NCBI GenBank assembly: GCA_964631935.1
Contig: CAZWAV010000004.1
Location: forward strand, 9,179 to 73,178
DNA from: an uncultured Candidatus Saccharibacteria bacterium
GTDB lineage: Bacteria; Patescibacteriota; Minisyncoccia; Phycocordibacterales; UBA9973
Direction: 5' to 3'
DNA: 64,000 nt
Position numbers and translations under genes: made by a program. This document shows positions 1 to 9,433 of this stretch, one piece after another. How positions within the stretch are numbered: the first letter of the stretch is position 1; each line of letters begins with the position of its first letter. The notes below the pieces were generated by a model. That model was given only the letters and a program-made list of their open reading frames with translations, was not told the origin of the DNA and did no database searches.

Positions 1-528
1 TATAACCGGAGGAGTATAAGGCGGGGGAGGATTTTTGTCATCCTGTGAATTAGCACAAACAATTTTCGCATACACAATTTCAACATCTTTATCTCTGAAG
101 ACCACCCAATTACTAGGTGAACCTTTTAGATTTGTATATTGAAGTTGGTTGTTAACTTTTGTGCCATTCCTATAATCTCTCCAGTCTACAAGGCTACTGT
201 CATACTCAAATGAATGAGACATGATGTATGCAACACTGGATTGATCATTACCTAAATACTTTGTTCGTAAGATTGAGTCTTTAGAAGATTTTAAACCTCT
301 GCTTACCAATCTTACATACTCTGGCCATAACTCTTTCCAAATGAACGGATCCTCTCCATACAATATGATCGACCTGAACTGTTCTATAGTTCTGGAAGCA
401 TCAAAGGGGATGCAGGATTCACGAACGTCTGTACTTTTTTCCTTTTGAGGTTTAGTAGCCTTTGTTTTCTGTGCTGTTGATTGTAAACCCATGAGGCCCA
501 CAATCATAATTACAAATAAACTTTTCAT
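1..528 (-). CDS. Hypothetical secreted protein, partial: the N-terminal part lies at the high-coordinate end and the gene runs off the window start
   Basis: Reverse-strand ATG at 528-526 translates MKSLFVIMIVGLMGLQSTAQ..., a signal-peptide-like start. The frame stays open to position 1. Not in the supplied ORF track because it is truncated. Confidence 0.5.
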   Translation of the reverse strand, partial: MKSLFVIMIVGLMGLQSTAQKTKATKPQKEKSTDVRESCIPFDASRTIEQFRSIILYGEDPFIWKELWPEYVRLVSRGLKSSKDSILRTKYLGNDQSSVAYIMSHSFEYDSSLVDWRDYRNGTKVNNQLQYTNLKGSPSNWVVFRDKDVEIVYAKIVCANSQDDKNPPPPYTPPVI

Positions 529-634
529 GGGTTTCAATTTTAAGTGATTAAATAAATGTTTTTAAGTAATTTCCTTATAAAACAAGAAAATACCCAAAAA
601 CATTTATTTAATCAGAGAAATCCCATTTGCGTAC

Positions 635-2404
635 ATGATAGCATACTTGGCCAGAAATGTCAAGGAGATATATCTAGCATTTATACGCTATAATAAGGCT
701 ATTATGACCATCCAATTTGACGAGGATAAGGAAGAGAAAAATTTATCTGACCTAAGAAAACAAGAAGAGGAAGACCTGGTCCAGGCACTATCTGAATCCA
801 AGTACGGTATCCCCCCTGTAAATCTATCCGGCATGCCCATAGATAATGATGCGCTACGTTCTATTACCGAAAAAGAAGCTATAGCAGAAGAAGTAGCTCC
901 ATTTAAAATTCTTGGTAAAGATATTCACGTCGCTGTCCGATCCCCTCACGCTGAAAAGTTAGAGAGCCTTACTGAATATTTCAAAAGTCATGGATATACT
1001 CCACATTTCTATATGGCATCTCTTGCAAGTCTTACTAAAGCATGGGAGCGCTATAAAGAAATATCTTATGCTTCAGAATCTCGCGCAGGAAGTATTGCTA
1101 TATCAGGTGAAGCTTTGAAAAAGATCATGGCTGGTATTAAAAATATAGATGATATAAAAGCAGCTATCATAGAGACAGAAAAGGACAAATCGCATACAAC
1201 TTCACACATCCTTGAGATTGCACTCGCTGGTGCTATTGCTATTAATGCTTCCGACCTTCATTTCGAACCAGAGCAAGAGACAGTGCGTTTGCGTTTCCGT
1301 CTTGATGGTGTACTTCACACTGTCATGGAAATATCTCCTGTAGTTCATAAATTTATCAATTCTCGTATTAAACTCCTTGCGGGGCTCAAAATTACCGCTT
1401 CATCAATAGCTCAAGATGGACGCTTTAGTATATTCCTCGACGACGAAGAAATTAGTCTTCGTGTTTCTTTAATTCCAGGAGCGTATGGTGAATCCATAGT
1501 GATGCGTATTCTTAATCCGAAATCCATCCAAGTAAAACTTGAAGATATGGGTATTGAACCTGCGCTCTATGAGATATTCATGAGGGAGATCAAAAAACCA
1601 AACGGTATGATACTTTTGACTGGTCCAACTGGTTCTGGTAAAACAACGACACTATATTCATTCCTCCAAAAAATCTACTCAACTGAAATAAAGATTATTA
1701 CTATTGAAGATCCGATTGAATACCACTTGCCTGGTATTACCCAGACTCAGACGGATAGCGAAAAAGGTTATACATTCCTAGAAGGTCTCCGCTCAGCGCT
1801 ACGTCAGGACCCTGATGTAATAATGGTGGGAGAAATCCGTGATGGTGAGACTGCTAAGATTGCTGTGGAGTCTGCTCTTACTGGCCACCTTGTGTTCTCA
1901 ACACTTCACACCAACAACGCGGCGGGAGTAATCCCCCGTCTTATAGACCTTGATGTAAATCCAAAAATTCTTGTCTCAGCACTTTCGCTTTCTATTGCTC
2001 AGCGCCTAGTCCGCAAACTTTGTCAGCATTGTAAAAAAGAAGAAACAATTACTGAGGAAGAAATGCGAATCATTAAAAAGATTGCTGATAATGCAAAAGC
2101 TCACAATAAAGATTTCTCTAAATATGGAGTTGATATGAATGCTCCAATAAAGATATACGAAGCTGTCGGATGTGATGAGTGCAACAAGACAGGATACAAA
2201 GGCCGTATGGGAATTTTTGAAGCCATACACAATGATGCAGCTATCGAAGCGGCTATCCCTACAAACCCAAGTGAACGCCAAATAAAAGATCTAGCCCAGA
2301 ACCAAGGATCACTCGATATGAAAGAAGATGGTATTGTGAAAATTCTTAAAGGTATCACCTCTTACTCCGAAGTTGGATCAGTCGTAGACTTCTACGAAGA
2401 ATAA
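635..2404 (+). CDS. pilB: Type IV pilus / type II secretion assembly ATPase, GspE/PilB family
   Basis: Walker A LLTGPTGSGKTTT, Asp/His box region, and tetracysteine CQHC...CDEC zinc motif typical of PilB/GspE. The N-terminal GspE-N-like region is present. The true start may be the ATG at 704 (MTIQFDE...), preceded by TATAAT at 689-694. Confidence 0.85.
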   Translation: MIAYLARNVKEIYLAFIRYNKAIMTIQFDEDKEEKNLSDLRKQEEEDLVQALSESKYGIPPVNLSGMPIDNDALRSITEKEAIAEEVAPFKILGKDIHVAVRSPHAEKLESLTEYFKSHGYTPHFYMASLASLTKAWERYKEISYASESRAGSIAISGEALKKIMAGIKNIDDIKAAIIETEKDKSHTTSHILEIALAGAIAINASDLHFEPEQETVRLRFRLDGVLHTVMEISPVVHKFINSRIKLLAGLKITASSIAQDGRFSIFLDDEEISLRVSLIPGAYGESIVMRILNPKSIQVKLEDMGIEPALYEIFMREIKKPNGMILLTGPTGSGKTTTLYSFLQKIYSTEIKIITIEDPIEYHLPGITQTQTDSEKGYTFLEGLRSALRQDPDVIMVGEIRDGETAKIAVESALTGHLVFSTLHTNNAAGVIPRLIDLDVNPKILVSALSLSIAQRLVRKLCQHCKKEETITEEEMRIIKKIADNAKAHNKDFSKYGVDMNAPIKIYEAVGCDECNKTGYKGRMGIFEAIHNDAAIEAAIPTNPSERQIKDLAQNQGSLDMKEDGIVKILKGITSYSEVGSVVDFYEE

Positions 2405-2406
2405 TT

Positions 2407-2841
2407 ATGAATATAATACTTAGAGCTATTAATTTTATTGCTGAAGCCATTATCTTAGTTTTTGTTTTGATTTACGGACTTAGTGGCATATTTCAAGGAT
2501 TGTCTAGTACCCAAGATCAATATTGGGCAATAATCGTCGTAATAGTCGCATTGATAACATTTAGAAAAAACAAGAAGTCTCTTATTGGTAAATGGCATGC
2601 AAAAATTGAAAAGAAAAATGGGGAAAATACTTTATTCAACACTGCTAAAGATCTAGTTATAGAGGAGGGATATGCATCTCCAGCTTTATTACAACGAAAA
2701 CTTAAAATTGACTATTTGAAAGCTTCTTATTTAATGACTTCTTTAGAAAAGGAAAATATTATTGAATTAGCGAATGGTGCTAAACCTAGAAAAATTAAAC
2801 CTGTGTACAGTAGAGTTCCATTCCCATTTAATTTCGAATAA
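2407..2841 (+). CDS. Small membrane protein (2 predicted TM helices) with a C-terminal FtsK-gamma-like winged-helix DNA-binding domain
   Basis: The C-terminus ASPALLQRKLKIDYLKASYLMTSLEKENIIE aligns by eye with the FtsK gamma consensus AS.S.LQRrlrIGYNRAARlie.mE..GiV. The N-terminus has two hydrophobic helices. Confidence 0.6.
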   Translation: MNIILRAINFIAEAIILVFVLIYGLSGIFQGLSSTQDQYWAIIVVIVALITFRKNKKSLIGKWHAKIEKKNGENTLFNTAKDLVIEEGYASPALLQRKLKIDYLKASYLMTSLEKENIIELANGAKPRKIKPVYSRVPFPFNFE

Positions 2842-3450
2842 AGATTGATAAATAGAGGTTTTTAAGAATATCCACATTTCTTTATATACATTTGTTGCAA
2901 AGTTATTCTATGTGATATAATGAGAGCAAGGATAAGAGATATCCAAAAAATAAATATTATAGTTTCTCTTGGCAATGGAGGAACGGGCATCATACCAGTG
3001 ATATAGATTCTGGAACCATACCTTAAAGATGACATGTGAGCCTCTACGGAGTCTCATCATTGCCAAATTGTGGGGCGCTGAATTTAAACCTCAGAGCTCG
3101 CATGTCGCCTTTAGGGTATTTTTATTTGTAAGTGTGTCCTCAGGAGCAACATTCTTATCTGTTGTTTGGAGGGGTATATTTACTATAGCTTTGGGAGTGT
3201 TGCTGTACCCTAAACTCCATATCGCAGGATATAAACTGACGTACTATGTTAACACAAAATTGTACGTGTGCATTCATCTGTGTAGCTTACATAACTCGTA
3301 AGAATGGCTGGAGGGATTATGCGCATTCGCATGGATTCAAGTGCTGGCCTATTACTGACAGAAGGTCGTGTACGCTACACAAGAAAAAAGACTCATCGAA
3401 GTGATAAGTCTGATCTCTAAAAATCTTTGACCGGATTTTTAATACACAAG

Positions 3451-3480
3451 ACACTCCGAAAGGGGTGTTTTGTGTTATTT
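3451..3480 (+). terminator. Candidate intrinsic terminator: GNRA-tetraloop hairpin plus U-tract, ending a possible noncoding transcript
   Basis: ACACTCC-GAAA-GGGGTGT followed by TTTGTGTTATTT. No coding gene ends upstream of it. Confidence 0.35.
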
Positions 3481-3806
3481 ACATATTATACAAAACAAGA
3501 GGATCGGACGTAAGTACCTCTTATTAACAAGTAGGAATATCTTAGATTATTAACTAATTAAAGTCAACAACTAAAGAAAAAAACATAAATCTCTAAACAA
3601 TCTTTTGAGAGCATATAGCTTACAAAATAACGTAAGATTGCAGGATGGCTCCAGTAAATATAAATATAACCAGAACGTCCTACGCGCATACATAGAGCAC
3701 GTGGCCGATTGCTTAGAGATTTATGTCCTCTTCGCTTAAATGCTATAATTGATTTGTAAAAACACCAACGAAATTACTGAGGAAAGTATAGCATAATAAA
3801 AAACCA

Positions 3807-4802
3807 ATGTCAAGCTCTGACCAACCAACTAAAGATGAAGGATTTCTAGACCAAACACTCCGCCCGAGCATTTGGAGTGATTATATTGGCCAAGAAAACA
3901 TAAAAGCGAACCTCAAAATCCTTCTTACTGCTGCCGAAGAGCGATCCCATCCTGCTGAACACATACTATTCTATGGTCCACCTGGCCTTGGAAAGACTAC
4001 TCTTGCCCACCTTATAGCCAAAGAGACACGTAGGCAAATAAAAATAACCTCAGGCCCAGCTATCGAGAAAGTTGGCGATCTTGCGTCTGTGCTTACAAAT
4101 CTTGCTCCCGGTGATATTGTTTTTATCGACGAAATTCATCGCCTCAATAAAATGGTAGAAGAAGTCCTCTATCCTGCCATGGAGTCTGGAGTGCTTGATA
4201 TTATTATTGGGAAAGGTCCATCTGCTCGGACTATCCAACTCGAGCTTCCACCATTTACTCTTATAGCAGCGACAACTCGCATTGCACTTCTCTCTTCCCC
4301 TCTTCGCTCACGTTTCTCTGGTGGAGTATTCCGACTTGAATTTTATACTCATGATGAGATTAAAAAGATTCTAGCTCGCTCGGCAAAAATTCTCGGGGTA
4401 GAACTTTCTGATGACGCACTCGATGAGATAGCAAAGCGTGCAAGATTTACTCCACGTACTGCAAATTATTTCCTCAAACGCTGTCGTGACTATGCTCAAG
4501 TAAATAAAATGCCATTATCTAAAGAAGCAGTGAAGAAGGCATTAGCACTTCTTGAGATAGATGAGCTTGGTCTCTCTTCATCTGATCGAAGAATACTAGA
4601 AGTCATCATTAGTAAATTTAATGGTGGTCCAGTCGGACTCAAGACTATAGCAGCGGCAACTTCAGAAGAAGAAGCAACCATCGAAGAAGTAGTAGAACCA
4701 TATTTAATTCAGCTTGGTTTACTTGAACGTACTACACGCGGTAGAACAGTGACACAGAAAGGTTACGAGCATTTAGGATTTGATTACAATAAAATCATAT
4801 GA
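3807..4802 (+). CDS. ruvB: Holliday junction branch migration helicase RuvB
   Basis: FYGPPGLGKTTLAHLIA Walker A, RuvB-type sensor and arginine-finger regions, C-terminal winged-helix region. Length is typical. Confidence 0.95.
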   Translation: MSSSDQPTKDEGFLDQTLRPSIWSDYIGQENIKANLKILLTAAEERSHPAEHILFYGPPGLGKTTLAHLIAKETRRQIKITSGPAIEKVGDLASVLTNLAPGDIVFIDEIHRLNKMVEEVLYPAMESGVLDIIIGKGPSARTIQLELPPFTLIAATTRIALLSSPLRSRFSGGVFRLEFYTHDEIKKILARSAKILGVELSDDALDEIAKRARFTPRTANYFLKRCRDYAQVNKMPLSKEAVKKALALLEIDELGLSSSDRRILEVIISKFNGGPVGLKTIAAATSEEEATIEEVVEPYLIQLGLLERTTRGRTVTQKGYEHLGFDYNKII

Positions 4803-5290
4803 GGATACTTGCCATAGATCCAGGATTTGAAAGAATTGGGATTGCTGTACTTGAAAGAAAACCAAAAGAAAAAGATAGTGTTGTTTATTCAACATGTTTC
4901 AAAACATCAGCAAAAATTCCTTTCCACGAACGACTTACCGCTATTGGATTTGAGGTTGAAAAAATAATTAAAAAATACAAGCCAGTTGCTCTGGCAATAG
5001 AAAAACTCTACTTCACAACAAACCAAAAGACAGTAATGGGCGTATCGGAAGCACGCGGGGTCATCATATACAGTGCATCTCGTAATGGACTTCTAATATT
5101 TGAATACACTCCCCCTCAAATAAAAGTAGCAGTGACTGGATATGGAAAAGCTGATAAAAACATGGTTATGTCTATAGTTCCCAAGCTTATAGAGATAAAG
5201 ACTAAATCAAATTCAGATGATGAATTGGACGCTATCGCCATTGGTATTACTTGTTTTGCTTGTGAAAATCTAAAACTTCTTAAATATTAG
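4799..5290 (+). CDS. ruvC: Crossover junction endodeoxyribonuclease RuvC
   Basis: MRILAIDPGFERIGIAVLE RNase-H-fold start with catalytic Asp. Overlaps the ruvB stop (ATGA). Confidence 0.9.
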   Translation: MRILAIDPGFERIGIAVLERKPKEKDSVVYSTCFKTSAKIPFHERLTAIGFEVEKIIKKYKPVALAIEKLYFTTNQKTVMGVSEARGVIIYSASRNGLLIFEYTPPQIKVAVTGYGKADKNMVMSIVPKLIEIKTKSNSDDELDAIAIGITCFACENLKLLKY

Positions 5291-5377
5291 GTTTTCCACA
5301 GAATAAAGGTGTTGCAAAGAAAATAGTATTTTGATACAAATAGCTTATTATAATTTTCATTCCAAATGTTTTAACAT

Positions 5378-5542
5378 ATGAGTTACACCGATGATGAAGA
5401 ATTGAAGATTGGGGATCTACAAGATGATGATGATCTTGATCTTGATGCAGGTATCGATGGTCCACTTGATGACGATTTGATACCAGAAGAAGATGACGAA
5501 GAACTTGAAGGATTTGCTGATTTAGATGGTTCTAGTTACTAA
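5378..5542 (+). CDS. Small (54 aa) extremely acidic protein of unknown function
   Basis: Hand translation: MSYTDDEELKIGDLQDDDDLDLDAGIDGPLDDDLIPEEDDEELEGFADLDGSSY. It is followed directly by a strong terminator. Below the ORF-track length cutoff. Confidence 0.4.
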   Translation: MSYTDDEELKIGDLQDDDDLDLDAGIDGPLDDDLIPEEDDEELEGFADLDGSSY

Positions 5543-5546
5543 TAAT

Positions 5547-5574
5547 AAAACCCCGCTATCGCGGGGTTTTATTA
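5547..5574. terminator. Bidirectional intrinsic terminator between the acidic-peptide ORF (+) and tyrS (-)
   Basis: AAAACCCCGC-TATC-GCGGGGTTTT is a perfect GC-rich hairpin with A/T tracts on both sides. Confidence 0.7.
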
Positions 5575-6768
5575 TTATTTAATGGAAATTTTACAAAATC
5601 TTTTTTTACCAATACGATACACTCCGTTTGAGACTTTCGTATTACTATCTGTGACTTTCTCATTTGTGTCTAGATTTGTAATAGCATGCTCATCTACTAA
5701 TCTACGGAATTCGCTTTTAGAGGAAACAATATTATTACTAAGTAGAGCATCTACAAGTAGTAGACCACTCGAAACAGATATTTCTTCTATATCAGTAGGT
5801 ATTTCTTTTTTCTGAAAAGTACTGGTGAAATTAGCTTCTGCTTGTGTGGCCTTTTTTTCTCCGTGGTAGATGGTAGTTATGTCTTTTGCTAATCTCATCT
5901 TCAAATCGCGAGGATTTACTCCTTCAATCATTTCTTTTGCAATATTTTCAAGTTCCATCATAGAGACATTAGTACAAAGTTCAAAAGCAGGAATAATCAG
6001 ACTATCACTCCAGCTCATAATCTTACCGTACATTTCCTCTGGACTATCAGAAAGGGCAACCATATTACCTTCTGTTTTACCCATCTTTTTACCACTATTA
6101 TCTTCTAGGAGTTTCATCGTAATAACGAATTTCTCCTTATTTTTCAGAGTCTTTAATAAATCACGACCAGTTAGCATATTAAAAGTCTGATCATTGCCTC
6201 CTATCTCCCCATCTACATTCATTGCCACAGAGTCATAGCCCTGCATCAACGGATACATGAACTCGTGGATAAAAATTGGTTTTCCTTCTTCTATTCTTTT
6301 TTCAAACATATCTCTTTCGAGCATTTGACTGACTGTCATATTTGAGGCAAGATTTAGAACGTCATTAAAATTCATTTTCTTTAACCATTTAGAATTGAAC
6401 TTAAATTGAGCGGCATTTTTACCTGTAAATGATATTAATGAGCTTGCTTGTTTCTTGTATGTTTTTAGATTTGATAATACTTCTTTATGAGTGAGTTGCT
6501 TCCGGGTAGCTGACTTATCTGTTGGATCTCCGATCATCGCAGTAAAATCACCCATAAGTAATATTATCTTGTGGCCCATTTTCTGAAATTCTCCTAGCTT
6601 TTTAAGTGGAATAGCATGACCCAAATGAAGAGTTGGACCTGTTGGATCAATACCTAGATATATGATAAGCTTTTCGCCACGAGAAAGCTTTGAATTAATA
6701 AATTCTTTGGATGGATAAAGAGCAGACACCCCTCGGCTGAGTAATTCTTCTTGTTTGCTTTCGTTCAT
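5575..6768 (-). CDS. tyrS: Tyrosyl-tRNA synthetase
   Basis: HIGH motif (PTGPTLHLGH), KMSKS-type motif KMGKTEGN, and a C-terminal S4-like RNA-binding tail (SKSEFRRLVDEH...). Confidence 0.85.
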   Translation of the reverse strand: MNESKQEELLSRGVSALYPSKEFINSKLSRGEKLIIYLGIDPTGPTLHLGHAIPLKKLGEFQKMGHKIILLMGDFTAMIGDPTDKSATRKQLTHKEVLSNLKTYKKQASSLISFTGKNAAQFKFNSKWLKKMNFNDVLNLASNMTVSQMLERDMFEKRIEEGKPIFIHEFMYPLMQGYDSVAMNVDGEIGGNDQTFNMLTGRDLLKTLKNKEKFVITMKLLEDNSGKKMGKTEGNMVALSDSPEEMYGKIMSWSDSLIIPAFELCTNVSMMELENIAKEMIEGVNPRDLKMRLAKDITTIYHGEKKATQAEANFTSTFQKKEIPTDIEEISVSSGLLLVDALLSNNIVSSKSEFRRLVDEHAITNLDTNEKVTDSNTKVSNGVYRIGKKRFCKISIK

Positions 6769-6835
6769 TATCCCATTTTATCACATAAAAAAGCCTTTGT
6801 CCGTAGGCTTCATAACTATGATATGATTATATAAT

Positions 6836-9433
6836 ATGTTAAACGTACAACAATCTTCTAGAAAAATAGCTAAGAAATTAGTATTCTTATTAGACAAATA
6901 TCTAGGGCGCATAAAAAGAAGTATATTAAAACTATACAGAAAACACTCATGGAAAAGTTGGGTCATGTTTATTGTAGGTTTAGGAATAATTTTGGCTGGA
7001 ATTCTAATGATATGGGTTAGCACACTAGAACTTCCTGATTTTAAATCTTTTACGGAACGTAAAGTACAAAGTTCAACAAAGATATACGACAGAACTGGCA
7101 CAATATTACTCTATGACGTCCATCAAGACATAAAACGTACTATTATCCCCTATGAGAGTATGGGAACTAATATAAAAAATGCCACTGTTGCAATCGAAGA
7201 TTCAGAATTCTATAAACACGGGGGAATCAGAATAAGTTCAATTATCAGAGCAACGATATGGGCAAAACTCACCGGCAGAAAAGTTCAAGGGGGGTCAACA
7301 ATAACACAGCAATTAATAAAAAATACATTATTAAATACCGATCGTACTTTAACTCGTAAAATAAAAGAGTGGATTTTATCTATTAAACTTGAAAAAATAA
7401 TGAGCAAAGAAGATATTCTGACTCTTTATTTGAACGAAGCTCCCTATGGAGGAAATATTTACGGCATAGAAGAAGCTACGAAAGCATTTTTTGGTAAAGA
7501 GCCGACAGATATAACCCTCGCAGAATCTGCATATTTAGCTGCTATTCCAAATGCCCCTACATACTACGCTCCTAATGGAAAAAATAGACAAGCACTAGAC
7601 CAAAGAAAGAACCTAGTTCTTAAAAGAATGTTTGATTTGAAGTTTATAACTGAAGCCGAGTATAACAGCGCAGTAAATGAAAAAGTTTTCTTCTTACCTT
7701 CTCAGCCAATGCATATAGCTGCTCCACATTTTGTATTTTTTATAAAAGACTATTTAGAGAAAAAATACGGACAAGAAGCTCTTGATGCAGGAGGTCTAAA
7801 AGTTATAACAACTCTTGATTACGACCTAGAAATGAAAGCTGAGCAATCAGCCCTTGCCCACTCAAAAGAAAACGAAAAGAGTTGGAACGGTAAAAATGCC
7901 GCTATTGTAGTGCTTGATCCAAAAACAGGGCAAATACTCTCTATGGTAGGGTCTCGTGATTATTTCGATAAAACTATTGACGGTAATTTCAATGTTACAA
8001 CTGCATCTCGTCAGCCAGGATCATCTTTCAAACCAATTGTGTACGCTCTAGCATTTAAAGAGGGTTACACTGAAGATACAACACTCTTTGATGTTAAAAC
8101 AGAATTCAATTCATCTTGCAGTCCAACAGGTAAACCATTACCAGGACACAAGAGTGCTGACTGTTACATGCCAAACGACTATGATAACGGAGCACGTGGT
8201 CCAATGAAATTAAAAGACGCTCTTGCCCAATCAATAAACATAGTTGCTGTTAAGCTTCTATATTTGGTTGGAATACCAGATGCCTTAAAAATGGCACACG
8301 ATCTTGGTATAAGCACATTAAATGATCCTACAAGATATGGTCTATCTCTTGTTATCGGAGGAGGAGAAACAACATTACTTGATATGACTTCTGCTTATGG
8401 TGTATTTGCAAATGGAGGTATACGCAATCAGTATACTGGCGTACTTTCAGTAGAAGATAGTACTGGTAATATATTAGAGAAGTACGAAGACAAACCTTAT
8501 CAAGTTCTTGATCCTAATATACCTAGAATGATATCTGACATACTTTCAGATAATAAGGCTCGTACACCAACATTTGGGGCTAACTCTTCTCTTGTTGTTC
8601 CTGGTAGAGAAGTGGCAGTTAAAACTGGTACTACTAATGATAATAAAGATGCTTGGACAATAGGCTATACCCCTTCTGTAGCTGTTGGTGTATGGGTTGG
8701 TAACAATGATAACGTTCCAATGAAAAAAGGCGGTGTAGCGCTTGCTGGACCTATATGGAACGATGTGATGTCAGAGGTATTAAAAAATTTACCAGTGGAA
8801 TCATTTGAGAAACCAGATCCAATAAACCCAAACACCCCAGCAATCCTTAGAGGTTTCTGGCAAGGTGGTGATACTTTTGTAACTGATACAATCTCTGGCG
8901 GCCTTGCTACGGAATTCACACCCGCTGATACAAGAAAAGAACAATCAATAACGAACGTTCATACTATTCTCTACTGGATAGATAAAAACAACCCTCTGGG
9001 GCCAAAACCAACAAGCCCAGAAAAAGATCCTCAATACACAAACTGGGAATACGGCGTACAAAAATGGTGGGAAAATAATAGAATAAATTATCCACTTGTA
9101 ACAGGAGCAAATCAGCCAGCAAGTTATGATAACGTCCACACCACAAGCACTAAACCAGTCTTTGAGATAAGTGGTTTAGATCAAGGTGTTTATGATAAAG
9201 ATCAAAATATATCTATTACAATTACAAACAAAAGTATTGTTGGGATAAAAAAAATAGATGTATATATAAATAGCACTTATCTAACATCATTAAAACAATA
9301 TCCGTTTACAGCATCGTTTAAACCAAATGATATTAATTCAATAGGCAAACAAAATACTCTTCATATTATAGGGTATGACCTTATAGGTAATACAGGGGAA
9401 TCAACTGTGCCATTCTCTGTAAACATAGATTAG
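6836..9433 (+). CDS. Class A penicillin-binding protein (PBP1A-type, bifunctional glycosyltransferase/transpeptidase) with a C-terminal extension
   Basis: GT51 motifs EDSEFYKHGGI and QGGSTITQQL; transpeptidase SRQPGSSFKP (SxxK) and KTGTTND (KTG); N-terminal TM anchor. Confidence 0.9.
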   Translation: MLNVQQSSRKIAKKLVFLLDKYLGRIKRSILKLYRKHSWKSWVMFIVGLGIILAGILMIWVSTLELPDFKSFTERKVQSSTKIYDRTGTILLYDVHQDIKRTIIPYESMGTNIKNATVAIEDSEFYKHGGIRISSIIRATIWAKLTGRKVQGGSTITQQLIKNTLLNTDRTLTRKIKEWILSIKLEKIMSKEDILTLYLNEAPYGGNIYGIEEATKAFFGKEPTDITLAESAYLAAIPNAPTYYAPNGKNRQALDQRKNLVLKRMFDLKFITEAEYNSAVNEKVFFLPSQPMHIAAPHFVFFIKDYLEKKYGQEALDAGGLKVITTLDYDLEMKAEQSALAHSKENEKSWNGKNAAIVVLDPKTGQILSMVGSRDYFDKTIDGNFNVTTASRQPGSSFKPIVYALAFKEGYTEDTTLFDVKTEFNSSCSPTGKPLPGHKSADCYMPNDYDNGARGPMKLKDALAQSINIVAVKLLYLVGIPDALKMAHDLGISTLNDPTRYGLSLVIGGGETTLLDMTSAYGVFANGGIRNQYTGVLSVEDSTGNILEKYEDKPYQVLDPNIPRMISDILSDNKARTPTFGANSSLVVPGREVAVKTGTTNDNKDAWTIGYTPSVAVGVWVGNNDNVPMKKGGVALAGPIWNDVMSEVLKNLPVESFEKPDPINPNTPAILRGFWQGGDTFVTDTISGGLATEFTPADTRKEQSITNVHTILYWIDKNNPLGPKPTSPEKDPQYTNWEYGVQKWWENNRINYPLVTGANQPASYDNVHTTSTKPVFEISGLDQGVYDKDQNISITITNKSIVGIKKIDVYINSTYLTSLKQYPFTASFKPNDINSIGKQNTLHIIGYDLIGNTGESTVPFSVNID

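Noticed and set aside
3029-3301. 90-aa ORF in the long noncoding stretch
   Set aside because: Its composition and sequence look non-protein-like (MTCEPLRSL...CIHLCSLHNS) with no motif. It lies in a GC-rich segment better explained as RNA or decayed DNA. No plausible promoter or start context.
2842-3806. RNase P RNA, tmRNA or SRP RNA in the long noncoding region
   Set aside because: I looked for GGAAAGTCCGG / AGGGTGAAA / ACAGAACCCGGCTTA (RNase P), a TTCGAATCC-type T-arm with a tag ORF (tmRNA), and AGGTCCGGAAGGAAGCAGC (SRP). None is present, so I only call an unclassified candidate sRNA.
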